Source of the DNA: Aggregatimonas sp.
Lineage (GTDB): Bacteria; Bacteroidota; Bacteroidia; Flavobacteriales; Flavobacteriaceae
Assembly (NCBI GenBank): GCA_965238025.1
Contig: OZ250162.1
Location: 969,288 to 1,033,287, forward strand
Length of the DNA stretch: 64,000 nt
Reading direction: 5' to 3'
The notes beneath the pieces are model-generated. The model was not told the origin of the DNA, searched no databases, and was given only the letters and a program-made list of their open reading frames with translations. Of the stretch, positions 38,144 through 47,981 are shown piece by piece. The first letter of the stretch is position 1. Each line of letters starts with the position of its first letter. Position numbers and translations under genes: made by a program.

Positions 38144-39040
38144 TTAGAAGTTAGCACTACTAGCTATGGCGTCCTTTGAAATTGGCGCTGTTCCCTCTTT
38201 CTCCGATAGTAGGTACCCGTTCCAAGTGAACGAACTGCTAATGAACTTTTTGTTTGTTTGAACCAAGTCACTTTTGAGGGCTATCTTATTATCTGTAATT
38301 ATCGTTTTCAGCGTGATACGGTTTCTTGTCCCTTCCATATCTGATGGAAAAACAAAGGATTCGGTCTTGGAATATGAAGCATTTGAATAATCGATTAAAT
38401 TGGCAACATTAAAGAACTTACCACGGTTCCAAAAGATATAACTCTTTCCTATTCTCTTACCAGAGTCATAATCGGTTAACGCTAGGGTAATAATATCATT
38501 GACGTTGGATAATCCTTTGTCTCCGATATTTTTCACCTCTGCAGGAATTGAAGCAAGACCAGCAAGAACGATTTTGTCTAACTCCACTCCATTTTTGAAA
38601 GCGCGCAGTTGATATTTGGTTTCAACAATGCCCTCGTTATTTGTGATACTGCTCTCATAGCCATAAACGAATTTTATCTTACTGTCAGCATTACTGCCAA
38701 AAGCTTTCTGGGCGATCATCCCTCCCCATACCCATCCGGTTTGTTCTCCGGCATTGACACGGTACCAGTTGCTTTTTATGCCGTTCATTTCTTCGGAGTT
38801 TTGGCTCTCTTCCCGGAGTACCAGTTTTGTTCCAATGCTCAAAACCGCCAATCGTTTACTTTTTAAGGAAGGCTTTTCACGGAGAAAAACATTATGGGCC
38901 ATAAGGTATTCATATGAAAGTTCCTCTGTGAGGGTTTCGCTTTCCATTGTTTTAAAATGTACTTCCGGAGCTGTTTGACCAAATAGTTGGGCAAATGCAA
39001 AGAGGCATAGGACTAGGGCACTTTTCTTTAACTTTTTCAT
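38144..39040 (-). CDS. SH3 domain-containing secreted protein
   Basis: signal peptide; NVFLREKPSLKSKRLAVLSIGTKL...WYRVNAGEQTGWVWG SH3b pattern. Confidence 0.82.
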   Translation of the reverse strand: MKKLKKSALVLCLFAFAQLFGQTAPEVHFKTMESETLTEELSYEYLMAHNVFLREKPSLKSKRLAVLSIGTKLVLREESQNSEEMNGIKSNWYRVNAGEQTGWVWGGMIAQKAFGSNADSKIKFVYGYESSITNNEGIVETKYQLRAFKNGVELDKIVLAGLASIPAEVKNIGDKGLSNVNDIITLALTDYDSGKRIGKSYIFWNRGKFFNVANLIDYSNASYSKTESFVFPSDMEGTRNRITLKTIITDNKIALKSDLVQTNKKFISSSFTWNGYLLSEKEGTAPISKDAIASSANF

Positions 39041-39061
39041 ACTATTAAATTTTAAGGGTTA

Positions 39062-39622
39062 CTAATTAATTGCTGTAAGAGCATCTTCATAATCAAAGTC
39101 ATCATCGTTCCAGGCAAAGCTTTGAAGCACTTTGATATCTTTGATCGTATGTGTTTTGGTATACTGCATTTCAACCTTTACAATCATACCTTCTTGACCA
39201 TGCATTTGGCTTGGAAAAATGTAGTGTTCATCAGATTGTGGCATATCGCAGTACACATTTTCTATTCGGGGCAAGGCAATAAAATCGTTCGCATCGGTAA
39301 CTAAAAAATAGTAGGTTTCGGTGCTTGAACAGCAAGCAGCGTATTCTAGCTCCACTTTTAGAATCTCAGAAATATCCTTTAAACCTGGATTTGAAAGTCT
39401 GGTGATGTGTACTTCTTCCAACAGTTCCAATTCAACAATATTTAATAGTGTTATGGTCTTGGAGGTGTCGTCAGAAGCTACTAGACCCATTAGCGCCATT
39501 CCTTCTTCTTCCTGGCCAATAAGCTGCTCTTGGACTATGGTATACTGCTCCGTTTCTTTGAATTTTTGAGCATTGGCGGTATAAAGACCCAATACACATG
39601 CTAAGAGGATGAATTTTTTCAT
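39062..39622 (-). CDS. hypothetical secreted protein
   Basis: 186-aa ORF with signal peptide, in an operon with the SH3 gene. Confidence 0.75.
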   Translation of the reverse strand: MKKFILLACVLGLYTANAQKFKETEQYTIVQEQLIGQEEEGMALMGLVASDDTSKTITLLNIVELELLEEVHITRLSNPGLKDISEILKVELEYAACCSSTETYYFLVTDANDFIALPRIENVYCDMPQSDEHYIFPSQMHGQEGMIVKVEMQYTKTHTIKDIKVLQSFAWNDDDFDYEDALTAIN

Positions 39623-39651
39623 AATACTTGTTTTAGTTTGTTTTCTATACT

Positions 39652-39722
39652 CAAATCTACGCTAGACTTAATACCAAGTAGTAGGTGTTCTATTATCCGT
39701 AGGGGGTAAACTAGAATCCGTT
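39652..39722 (-). promoter_or_regulatory. promoter with 21-bp-periodic direct repeat (candidate LytTR site 1)
   Basis: minus-strand TAGATTTG at 39652-39659; CTATTATCCGTA (39690) and CTAGAATCCGTT (39711). Confidence 0.65.
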
Positions 39723-39965
39723 TAAAATGGGCATTTATCCCGATTTTGGTTTGATGCTCAAATTGCCATGTTGCGCATGACCGTAAAGTACTCCAGGGGT
39801 TATCCACAAGGTATTTGTTTGAAAAATAGTATGATTTCAAAGCCGGTGGCCATAAGGTTTAAATCTCGATTATCGAGTAAAAGAAAAGCCTGCAAGATCT
39901 TACGATTCTTACAGGCCCTCTTTCCCCAAATAGGGAATCACCAAACCAACTAAACATGAACTAAA

Positions 39966-42119
39966 CTATTTTTTTAAGGTCAAGGTCAATCCTTTATTTA
40001 AGCGTATTGTCTTTTTGGAAAATGCTGCAAATTCCCTACTAATGACCTCATCTAGGACCCATATCCCATTTTCCTTTCTTTCGATTCCGATGACTTTTCC
40101 ATCTGTACTGAATTTTACCCTTATACTTTCATATTTGTCTAAGTATGTATTGACCAGTTTTGAGTAGATTGCCTTGAATTCCATCGTAAGTCTTCTTTTT
40201 TCGGTTTTGAGAATCTTTTGATCAAAGGTTATGGTAAAAGAAGTCTTGAACTTTGTATTTGTCCGAACTTCTGCCTCAGCACCCACTGCAGAATTACTGA
40301 CATTTTTAGGCATGGGCAATGGCTGTTTTACGGTTTTCAATGTCCCATCTTTATTCACTACAGATTCATCTACCGCAACGAAAGAAGTATATTTCGTGGC
40401 CAAATTGTATTTGAGGCCCAATGCGATGACGCTGTCCTTAACATTTTCATTAAAAAGGGTGTTGTAGTCATCCCATTCGGCTATTTTCTTTCGTGCCCAC
40501 AAATAGCGCAACGCTTTGTTCGCCTTGCTCAAATGCCCTTGGGACACCTTGAATTCCTGCCTGATCTTTTTCTTGCCCTGGTATCCGGTGACAATAATCT
40601 TGCCTTGTAACCCCCCTTTATATTTACCATGTACAACAACAGGTCTTGCAGCAAAAATATCCGGAATGCTACTTGGGGCTATAGCGTACATATCAAAGCC
40701 GCGCGATTCAATTTTCACTTGTGTCAATAGTGGCGTTGCAATATATTCCTTGAACTTTTTGGCAACTTTTTGTGCTTCGGACATAGAGGTTGCTATAAAA
40801 GATTCGCTATTCGAAACTTTCGCCATCCCCTCGATCAGATAGCGATTTACACTAGCACCAATCCCAAAAGTGAAGATATTTGCCTGGTCAAGATTGTTCT
40901 TGATCAATTCAAAAGCTTCTTTCTCAACGCTAACATAGCCATCGGTGATGACCACCATAGACCTAGCACTACCTTGATCCCGTCTTGGCAACTTATAGGC
41001 CTCTTTTAAAGCGCTTAACAATTGGGTGCCGCCACCTCCTTGACCTTTGGAGAGAAACCGTATGGCAGCCTCAATATTCTGGGTATTGGTTGCTACCGGT
41101 GTTGGACTAAAAACCGTGGAACTGGAGGCGAACAGCTGTACATTAAACGTATCTGTTGCGCTAAGGTCGCATAGCAAGTTTCTCATTAGCTCTTTAGAAA
41201 CTTCCAAGGGATACCCATTCATAGACCCGGATACGTCTACGATAAAAAGGTACTCTCTTGAGGGGATATCCTCTACCATTACCTTGTTCGTAGGCTCCAT
41301 TTGAAGGGCAAAGAAATTTTCATCTTCATGCTCATACAAGAGCAGACCCGTTTGTATTTTTTTTCCACGAAGATTATAGTTTAGTATAAAATCCCTGTTA
41401 GATGGGTTTTCGTTGCTTTTCGATAGAAAGATTTCTGCCGTTTTCGCATCGGGATAATTCACATTTACTTTATGACTACTGCTATTGATATTCTGAATGA
41501 TCATTCCGGCATTTAGGGTAACTGTCATATCATAACTAAAAGTGTCTGAAATTCTTTTTGCAGTATAAGGCATGTTAACGCTTTCTTCACGCTTCGTACT
41601 TTCTCCTGTAAATCTTGGCCCTACTACTGCAGGGGCTACAAATTGATATTCCCCATTCGTCGGAGCGAGCATTTCCGTATAGTAAATAGCGATGGCTATC
41701 TCATCCCCCGGCATAATATTCCCAACGTTCATTTGAAATACATTAGGTCTATCCTGATCCAGTTTTGCGGCACGTTTCCCTTCGTCTAACGCAGCCTTAT
41801 ATACTTTTTGGGCTTCTTGTCTTTCGAATATCTTGGCATTCACAATACGGGCGCCGATTGTCATCTGCATTTTATGTACCGCTGCATGGGTAGAAAGCGG
41901 AAATACATATTTGGCTTCAATGGCCTGTTTTCCTTTGTTTTGGTATACTTGAGTTACCCGAACATGGGCAATAGCCCCAGAAATCTGAACGTCGGTCTTC
42001 GAGGATTTTAAAGGAATTGCCGCGTCTTTCGAAGACACTAATAAATATGGGCTATCGTCCTGGGCAAAACCAAAGGATATGGTGCAAAAAAGTAGTAATG
42101 TAGCTAGTAGTTTCATCAT
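39966..42119 (-). CDS. VIT and vWA domain-containing protein
   Basis: VIT domain (IAHVRVTQVY...EAKYVFPL), vWA MIDAS DVSGSMNG...GGGT...ITDG. Confidence 0.9.
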   Translation of the reverse strand: MMKLLATLLLFCTISFGFAQDDSPYLLVSSKDAAIPLKSSKTDVQISGAIAHVRVTQVYQNKGKQAIEAKYVFPLSTHAAVHKMQMTIGARIVNAKIFERQEAQKVYKAALDEGKRAAKLDQDRPNVFQMNVGNIMPGDEIAIAIYYTEMLAPTNGEYQFVAPAVVGPRFTGESTKREESVNMPYTAKRISDTFSYDMTVTLNAGMIIQNINSSSHKVNVNYPDAKTAEIFLSKSNENPSNRDFILNYNLRGKKIQTGLLLYEHEDENFFALQMEPTNKVMVEDIPSREYLFIVDVSGSMNGYPLEVSKELMRNLLCDLSATDTFNVQLFASSSTVFSPTPVATNTQNIEAAIRFLSKGQGGGGTQLLSALKEAYKLPRRDQGSARSMVVITDGYVSVEKEAFELIKNNLDQANIFTFGIGASVNRYLIEGMAKVSNSESFIATSMSEAQKVAKKFKEYIATPLLTQVKIESRGFDMYAIAPSSIPDIFAARPVVVHGKYKGGLQGKIIVTGYQGKKKIRQEFKVSQGHLSKANKALRYLWARKKIAEWDDYNTLFNENVKDSVIALGLKYNLATKYTSFVAVDESVVNKDGTLKTVKQPLPMPKNVSNSAVGAEAEVRTNTKFKTSFTITFDQKILKTEKRRLTMEFKAIYSKLVNTYLDKYESIRVKFSTDGKVIGIERKENGIWVLDEVISREFAAFSKKTIRLNKGLTLTLKK

Positions 42120-42152
42120 CTCAGTTTTTTTAGATTATCGCTATTCTTTGAT

Positions 42153-42223
42153 CAAATCTAGCCGGGGATGATGAAGCTGACCCGGCGCTTCTAGAATTCG
42201 TTGGAGATAAACTATTATCCGTT
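42153..42223 (-). promoter_or_regulatory. promoter with 21-bp-periodic direct repeat (candidate LytTR site 2)
   Basis: minus-strand TAGATTTG at 42153-42160; CTAGAATTCGTT (42191) and CTATTATCCGTT (42212). Confidence 0.65.
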
Positions 42224-42332
42224 ATTGTTGGGGAAGTTTTTTTAAGACGCAAAAATTATTTCAAAACCGTCTGTAGATGTAAATATCTTTTTGTGAAAAT
42301 AAAAACCACCTCAACGTATTTGAAGTGGTTTT

Positions 42333-42410
<78 letters not shown>

Positions 42411-42482
42411 TTTGGCTGGCGACAAAGAAAATACTTTTCGATAACCTATCAAAATTCAAGATCAAGTTAATTTCAGATGTTT

Positions 42483-43280
42483 CTAATCTTTCTTGACGCT
42501 TAGAATAAGAACAGGGGTTGGAGCTGAAAACTCTGATTTAAGAATTGTGCTTTTCTCCCATAATTTCTTAAAAAAACCCCTTTTTCTTCTAAAAACAACC
42601 AATAAATCCGGTTTTTGCGATTGAAAATGTTCCATTACACCCAAGTAAGTAGTAGGGTTTTCAGTAATCGTCAGTTTTCCACAAATATCCATCAACGCGG
42701 TATTTATCTTTAAATCGTCTGCTGTATAGCCAGGTGTTTTCACTAAAAGAAGATTTACTGTTGCGCCAAATTTTTCCTTGATGGCCGAAAGAGGGTTAAG
42801 AACACGCTTTTTCTTTAAGACTCCAGATTTGAAAGCGGTTAAAATCGTTTTCAAGGGTTTTAGGGTTGTGCCTTTAGGAACAATTAAAGTAGGAATATTG
42901 GTTCTTTTGATAATTTTACCGGTTGTATTTCCTAAATAAAGTTCTTCTTTTATTTCGTTACTTCTTGGTGCAATAATTATAAGGTCAATGCCCAATTCCT
43001 TATCAATTTCTTTGAGCCCGTCAGCAATATCACCATTGTAGGTGGCTATTTTTATTGAAGTCTTGTTTGCCTGGACCTTATCAATAACCTCGGTCAAACG
43101 CTCCTTACTGCTTTTGGCAACTTTTTGAGAAATATTTGTCAGACTTCCTGCCTTGGCAGAAACGCTAAAAACTTCCATCACATAAATATTGGCCGAAAAT
43201 TCAGCGGCAAAATCCACGGCATACTGTAGGGTTTTATGGGAATCTGGATTGGTGCCTATGGGAACAAGAATATTTTTCAT
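42483..43280 (-). CDS. universal stress protein
   Basis: MKNILVP, IDLII...LYLGNTTGKII...PTLIVP motifs. Confidence 0.88.
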   Translation of the reverse strand: MKNILVPIGTNPDSHKTLQYAVDFAAEFSANIYVMEVFSVSAKAGSLTNISQKVAKSSKERLTEVIDKVQANKTSIKIATYNGDIADGLKEIDKELGIDLIIIAPRSNEIKEELYLGNTTGKIIKRTNIPTLIVPKGTTLKPLKTILTAFKSGVLKKKRVLNPLSAIKEKFGATVNLLLVKTPGYTADDLKINTALMDICGKLTITENPTTYLGVMEHFQSQKPDLLVVFRRKRGFFKKLWEKSTILKSEFSAPTPVLILSVKKD

Positions 43281-43331
43281 AGTACGATTGCTAAATTATA
43301 ATCTAAATTTACAATTAAATAGAACCCGTTT

Positions 43332-43844
43332 ATGATTCGCAGTGCAAAGATATCGGAAATACCCGAGATTATGCTAATTACCAAAGCTTGTGCCGAGCAC
43401 ATGATCAAAAAAGGAATTCATCAATGGAACGAACATTACCCGCACAAAAGGACCTTTGAATTGGATGTAGCACGTAATGAATTATACGTATTGGTCTTAG
43501 AAGGAAAAATTAGCGGAACAATTGTAATATCTACGATAATGGATGAGGAGTACATCCCGATAAAATGGGATACTCCAAACGAGAACAATGTTTATATTCA
43601 TCGGCTATCAGTGCGCCCTGAGCTTCAGGGAAAAGGCTACGCCCGAAAATTGATGGATTATGCGGAAGCCCATGCTCGGGATAATGGTTTTGTTTCGGTT
43701 CGGTTGGACACTTTTAGCCAAAATAAACGCAATCAGAAGTTTTATGAAGCTAGGGGTTATAAAAAATTGACCGACATTTATTTTCCAAAGCAAAGTACAC
43801 ATCCGTTTCATTGTTACGAACTTGTTTTACTGAACTCGCCTTGA
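43332..43844 (+). CDS. GNAT family N-acetyltransferase
   Basis: IHRLSVRPELQGKGYA...NQKFYEARGY motifs. Confidence 0.9.
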   Translation: MIRSAKISEIPEIMLITKACAEHMIKKGIHQWNEHYPHKRTFELDVARNELYVLVLEGKISGTIVISTIMDEEYIPIKWDTPNENNVYIHRLSVRPELQGKGYARKLMDYAEAHARDNGFVSVRLDTFSQNKRNQKFYEARGYKKLTDIYFPKQSTHPFHCYELVLLNSP

Positions 43845-44007
43845 GTTGTTGTTTGGAACCGAGAATGAAGGCTTTTGTGCCTTCATGAAGTAATTTTTTA
43901 ATTGCACAGCCTTAGCTACAAAAGCTTAAAATTGCAAAATTAGGGCGCAAAATGCGAAATTCGCATGTAAAACAATAACTCAAGACGAGTTCAAAATCTG
44001 AAATCTT

Positions 44008-45342
44008 CTGAAGGCAGCCGTTAACTTTAAAAACATCAATAATCTAGCTATTCCAGCAACAATAGCTGGAATTGCGGAACCGTTGCTGTCTATTACCGAT
44101 ACGGCAATCGTTGGGAACATTCCCGTTGACGGGCTCGAATCCCTGGCAGCCGCTGGTATTGTTGGTTCTTTCCTATCGATGCTGATCTGGATTCTTGGGC
44201 AGACCAGAAGCGCCATTTCCGCGATAATTTCGCAGTACTTGGGGGCTGGTAAAATCGAGGAGGTAAAAACACTGCCCGCCCAAGCTATTTTCCTGAATGT
44301 GGGATTAAGTATTCTTATCCTTTTTTCAACAATATTCATTGTCGAGGAGATTTTTCAATTGCTCAATGCATCTGGTAAAATTCTTAGCTATTGCATTTCT
44401 TACTATTCTATCCGGGTTTGGGGGTTCCCCTTAACACTTTTCGTTTTTGCGGTCATGGGCATCTTCCGAGGGCTTCAGAATACTTTTTGGCCAATGATGA
44501 TAGCAATAGTTGGTGCGGTATTAAATGTTATCCTTGACTTCGTCTTTGTATATGGCATCGAAGATTTTATAGCACCTATGTATTTAGAAGGTGCTGCTTG
44601 GGCCAGTCTTATCGCGCAAGGAGTAATGGCAATAATGGCCTTTTCATTATTGGTTACAAAGACCAACTTTAGCTTGCGTCTTCGGTTTCCCATTAATTCC
44701 GAACTGGGGCGACTTGTTGTTATGAGCCTCAACCTATTTGTACGCGCGATCGCCTTAAATACCGCCTTGATATTAGCGGTTCGGGAAGCAGCGGCACTAG
44801 GTGATAAATTTATAGGAGCACATACTATTGCCGTAAATTTATGGCTTTTCTCAGCGTTTTTTATCGACGGATACGGGGCTGCGGGAAATATTATGGGAGG
44901 TCGGTTTTTAGGAGCGAAGAACTATAACAACCTATGGTCATTAGCAAAAAAAATAAGCTTGTACGGCATTGCGATCAGTTTGATTTTAGTAGTCCTTTCG
45001 ATATTGTTCTATAAACCTATCGGCCGTTTATTTTCAAATGAAGCCATTGTTTTAGATACGTTCTATTCTGTTTTCATTATCCTTATAATAGGCCTTCCCA
45101 TAAATGCCGTGGCCTTTGTTTTAGATGGATTGTTCAAAGGTCTAGGGGAAATGAAATACCTGAGAAATGTACTGCTCAGCGCAACCTTTCTTGGCTTTGT
45201 GCCGATGTTGTTTATCGGAAAATATTTGGGGTGGGGACTTCATGGTATTTGGATCGCCTTAACCCTTTGGATGGTGATTCGCAGTGCAGCCTTGGTATGG
45301 AAGTTTCGTAAAAAATTTCGACCCCTTTTGCAAAAGGTTTAA
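44008..45342 (+). CDS. MATE family efflux transporter (probable CTG start)
   Basis: LAIPATIAGIAEPLLSITDTAIVG MATE N-terminus, about 12 TM helices; in-frame stop at 43999. Confidence 0.88.
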   Translation: MKAAVNFKNINNLAIPATIAGIAEPLLSITDTAIVGNIPVDGLESLAAAGIVGSFLSMLIWILGQTRSAISAIISQYLGAGKIEEVKTLPAQAIFLNVGLSILILFSTIFIVEEIFQLLNASGKILSYCISYYSIRVWGFPLTLFVFAVMGIFRGLQNTFWPMMIAIVGAVLNVILDFVFVYGIEDFIAPMYLEGAAWASLIAQGVMAIMAFSLLVTKTNFSLRLRFPINSELGRLVVMSLNLFVRAIALNTALILAVREAAALGDKFIGAHTIAVNLWLFSAFFIDGYGAAGNIMGGRFLGAKNYNNLWSLAKKISLYGIAISLILVVLSILFYKPIGRLFSNEAIVLDTFYSVFIILIIGLPINAVAFVLDGLFKGLGEMKYLRNVLLSATFLGFVPMLFIGKYLGWGLHGIWIALTLWMVIRSAALVWKFRKKFRPLLQKV

Positions 45343-45363
45343 TTTTGAAAAAAATGCTGATTT

Positions 45364-46131
45364 ATGGGCACTGATAGAGCGAACGGAAGTCTTTATACAA
45401 AAATCGATGGGAAGGTTGCTACGGTAGAATTCGGACACCCGGCAAGCAATTCTTTTGTTGCCGTGTTGTTAGAGCGTCTCACCACTGAGTTGAACGAACT
45501 TTCTGAAAACGAAGCCATTAACGTTATAGTTTTAAAATCTGAAGGGGATAGGGCTTTTTGCGCTGGGGCATCTTTTGATGAATTGGTAGCCGTTTCAAAT
45601 CTTGATGAAGGAAAGATTTTCTTTAGCGGATTTGCCAATGTAATCAATGCCATGCGATGCTGTAAGAAAGTCATCATAGGTCGGGTACAGGGTAAAACCG
45701 TAGGTGGTGGTGTGGGTCTTGCCGCCGCGTGCGACTATGTTTTTGCATCGGTAGAGGCCTCCGTTCGACTTTCAGAACTTGCTATTGGTATTGCACCCTT
45801 GGTCATTGCGCCGGCTGTAGAACGAAAAATAGGAAAGGCTGCAATTTCAGAACTCTCCCTTTCTCCTTCTGAATGGAAAAATGCGTATTGGGCAAAAGAA
45901 AAAGGATTGTTTTCCAAAGTGTTCGATAGTATGAAAGACCTTGACAAAGAGGTGTACTTTTTTGCTCAAAAACTTTCTGACCATAATCCACAGGCCTTAC
46001 AAGAATGGAAAAAAGTTTTATGGCAAGGTACCGATCACTGGAATGATTTATTGGTCGAGCGTGCATCTATTTCCGGTACCTTGGTCCTATCGGATTTCAC
46101 GAAAGATGCCTTGGCGAAATTCAAGAAATAA
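45364..46131 (+). CDS. enoyl-CoA hydratase/isomerase family protein
   Basis: FCAGASFDE, VQGKTVGGGVGLAAACD motifs. Confidence 0.9.
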   Translation: MGTDRANGSLYTKIDGKVATVEFGHPASNSFVAVLLERLTTELNELSENEAINVIVLKSEGDRAFCAGASFDELVAVSNLDEGKIFFSGFANVINAMRCCKKVIIGRVQGKTVGGGVGLAAACDYVFASVEASVRLSELAIGIAPLVIAPAVERKIGKAAISELSLSPSEWKNAYWAKEKGLFSKVFDSMKDLDKEVYFFAQKLSDHNPQALQEWKKVLWQGTDHWNDLLVERASISGTLVLSDFTKDALAKFKK

Positions 46132-46173
46132 TAATCTATACATCAAACCGTTTTATTTTAAAAACCCCCGTTC

Positions 46174-46290
46174 ATGAATATTTTAGACTTTCTCAATGGA
46201 GACCTCATCTTTCCTATTTTAGCCCTTTTTGTAGTAATTGTCTATTTTATAAGCCGCATTCGCAGAAGAAAAAAATACAAACGGGACTAA
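46174..46290 (+). CDS. small single-TM protein (38 aa)
   Basis: MNILDFLNGDLIFPILALFVVIVYFISRIRRRKKYKRD: hydrophobic helix with basic tail. Confidence 0.6.
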   Translation: MNILDFLNGDLIFPILALFVVIVYFISRIRRRKKYKRD

Positions 46291-46358
46291 TTCGCTAAGA
46301 ACCAACGCAACCTTTTGGAAAAGAGACATCTCTATAAAAATATGCAGAATTTCACTTT

Positions 46359-46787
46359 ATGAACAATCTCTTCTTATACGGTTTGCTAAGCCTTTTGTTT
46401 TTAAACTGCAACAATGACAATAACGATAATGGTACAGATGCCCAAGATTGCGCAACTGCTATCTGCACCGAAATCTTTGTTACCCTAAACGTATCAATTA
46501 TAGACGCCGACGGTAATGCCGTGGTGTTGGAAGAATTCACGATTACCGATGAAACTTCCGGGAGCAATATTACAGATAAGGTGGTTCAAGGTGGAATCTC
46601 TAATGGCAATGGTTCATACCCTTTGTATCACGACGGATTTATTTTGGACATTCAAAACAGCAGTGTAGAACTATTATTTAAAGGGTATATTGACGGTAAC
46701 GAGGTTGTAAATGCCCCTTTTATCGTTGGTGCAGATTGCTGCCACGTATCGCTCAGTGATGGAAACAATACTATTGTCCTACCATAA
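46359..46787 (+). CDS. hypothetical lipoprotein
   Basis: lipobox FLNC, conserved-looking ICTEIF and ADCCHV motifs. Confidence 0.75.
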   Translation: MNNLFLYGLLSLLFLNCNNDNNDNGTDAQDCATAICTEIFVTLNVSIIDADGNAVVLEEFTITDETSGSNITDKVVQGGISNGNGSYPLYHDGFILDIQNSSVELLFKGYIDGNEVVNAPFIVGADCCHVSLSDGNNTIVLP

Positions 46788-46841
46788 TTTTTCTTATTTC
46801 CTTTTTAAGAATGCTGTACCTTTATCCCCTAAAAAGGTTGA

Positions 46842-47300
46842 ATGAGCAACATCAGAATTACCAAGCAATTTTCGTTTGAAACGGGACACGCCCTTTTTGG
46901 GTACGATGGTAAATGCCGTAATGTGCATGGGCACAGCTATAAACTTTCAGTAACGGTAATCGGCAGGCCCATAACTGATACCTCACACGTAAAATTGGGA
47001 ATGGTCATCGATTTTGGGGATCTTAAAAAAATCGTAAAGGAGGAAATTGTTGATCAATTTGACCACGCAACCGTTTTCAATAAGAATACCCCTCATGTAG
47101 AATTGGCAAAAGAATTGAGCGATAGAGGGCATAGGGTTATTCTAGCCGATTATCAACCTACCAGTGAAAACATGGTCATCGATTTTGCCGCCAAAATCAA
47201 GTTGCGTCTTCCGGAAAATATTCAACTACACTCTTTAAAATTGCAAGAAACGGAGACCTCTTATGCGGAGTGGCATGCCTCTGATAATGACCCCCTTTAA
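46842..47300 (+). CDS. queD: 6-carboxy-5,6,7,8-tetrahydropterin synthase
   Basis: FETGHAL, CRNVHGHSY, MVIDFGDLK, PTSENM, LQETETS motifs. Confidence 0.9.
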   Translation: MSNIRITKQFSFETGHALFGYDGKCRNVHGHSYKLSVTVIGRPITDTSHVKLGMVIDFGDLKKIVKEEIVDQFDHATVFNKNTPHVELAKELSDRGHRVILADYQPTSENMVIDFAAKIKLRLPENIQLHSLKLQETETSYAEWHASDNDPL

Positions 47301-47605
47301 GGGGAGCATTTCTTACCCGTGATAAATTTTAATGAAAAATAGAGGTTGCGAAATTATCCCTACAAAATGCCCGGCAATCAGTCTGAGCCCTTTTATTGTA
47401 GGAAAAAACAGATGTCTTTGCATTTCATCGAGAAAATACGTCGATTTGTCGATATAATGGATTTAAAAACCACAGCAGGCCATTTTTCGACACCTACCGA
47501 TTAGCTTTATTTGGTTCTGGTAATTTTTGCTCTTTATAAAATATTGTTTGTTCCAAAATTACCCCTGAATCGTCGTAGAATTGCTAAAGATAAAACTAAG
47601 ATGTT

Positions 47606-47776
47606 ATGATACAATCACTATTGTTAGGCCTATTTCTTATAATAAGTGCATTGACAATTTTTAAAGTATTAGCCCCTTTCTTATCAACAGCTTCAACAAA
47701 AGAAAAGGTGTTGGACAAGGAATTGGTTGCCAAACGTAGGGAGAGAAAGAAAGATAAGATCGACCGTTTGAATTAA
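47606..47776 (+). CDS. small membrane protein (56 aa)
   Basis: MIQSLLLGLFLIISALTIFKVLAPF... with a charged C-terminus; below the ORF-track cutoff. Confidence 0.55.
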   Translation: MIQSLLLGLFLIISALTIFKVLAPFLSTASTKEKVLDKELVAKRRERKKDKIDRLN

Positions 47777-47981
47777 GCGTGAAATCTTTCAGCATCCTGG
47801 AAGCTATAATTGCCTGAAAGTCAAAACTGACTACTTTTGAACCTTCTCCAAAATGAGTATTGGAAATCAAGTTCGGTCTTTTCTGGTTTAAATCATTCTA
47901 AACTCCACCTGTTGGTGCGATATATTCCAATAACATTACACTTTTTACAACCTTACGACTTTCACTATCTTCGTATGTTGA

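Noticed and set aside
47661-47870. 69-aa minus-strand ORF as a pseudogene remnant
   Set aside because: No recognisable family, and it overlaps a more protein-like plus-strand small ORF
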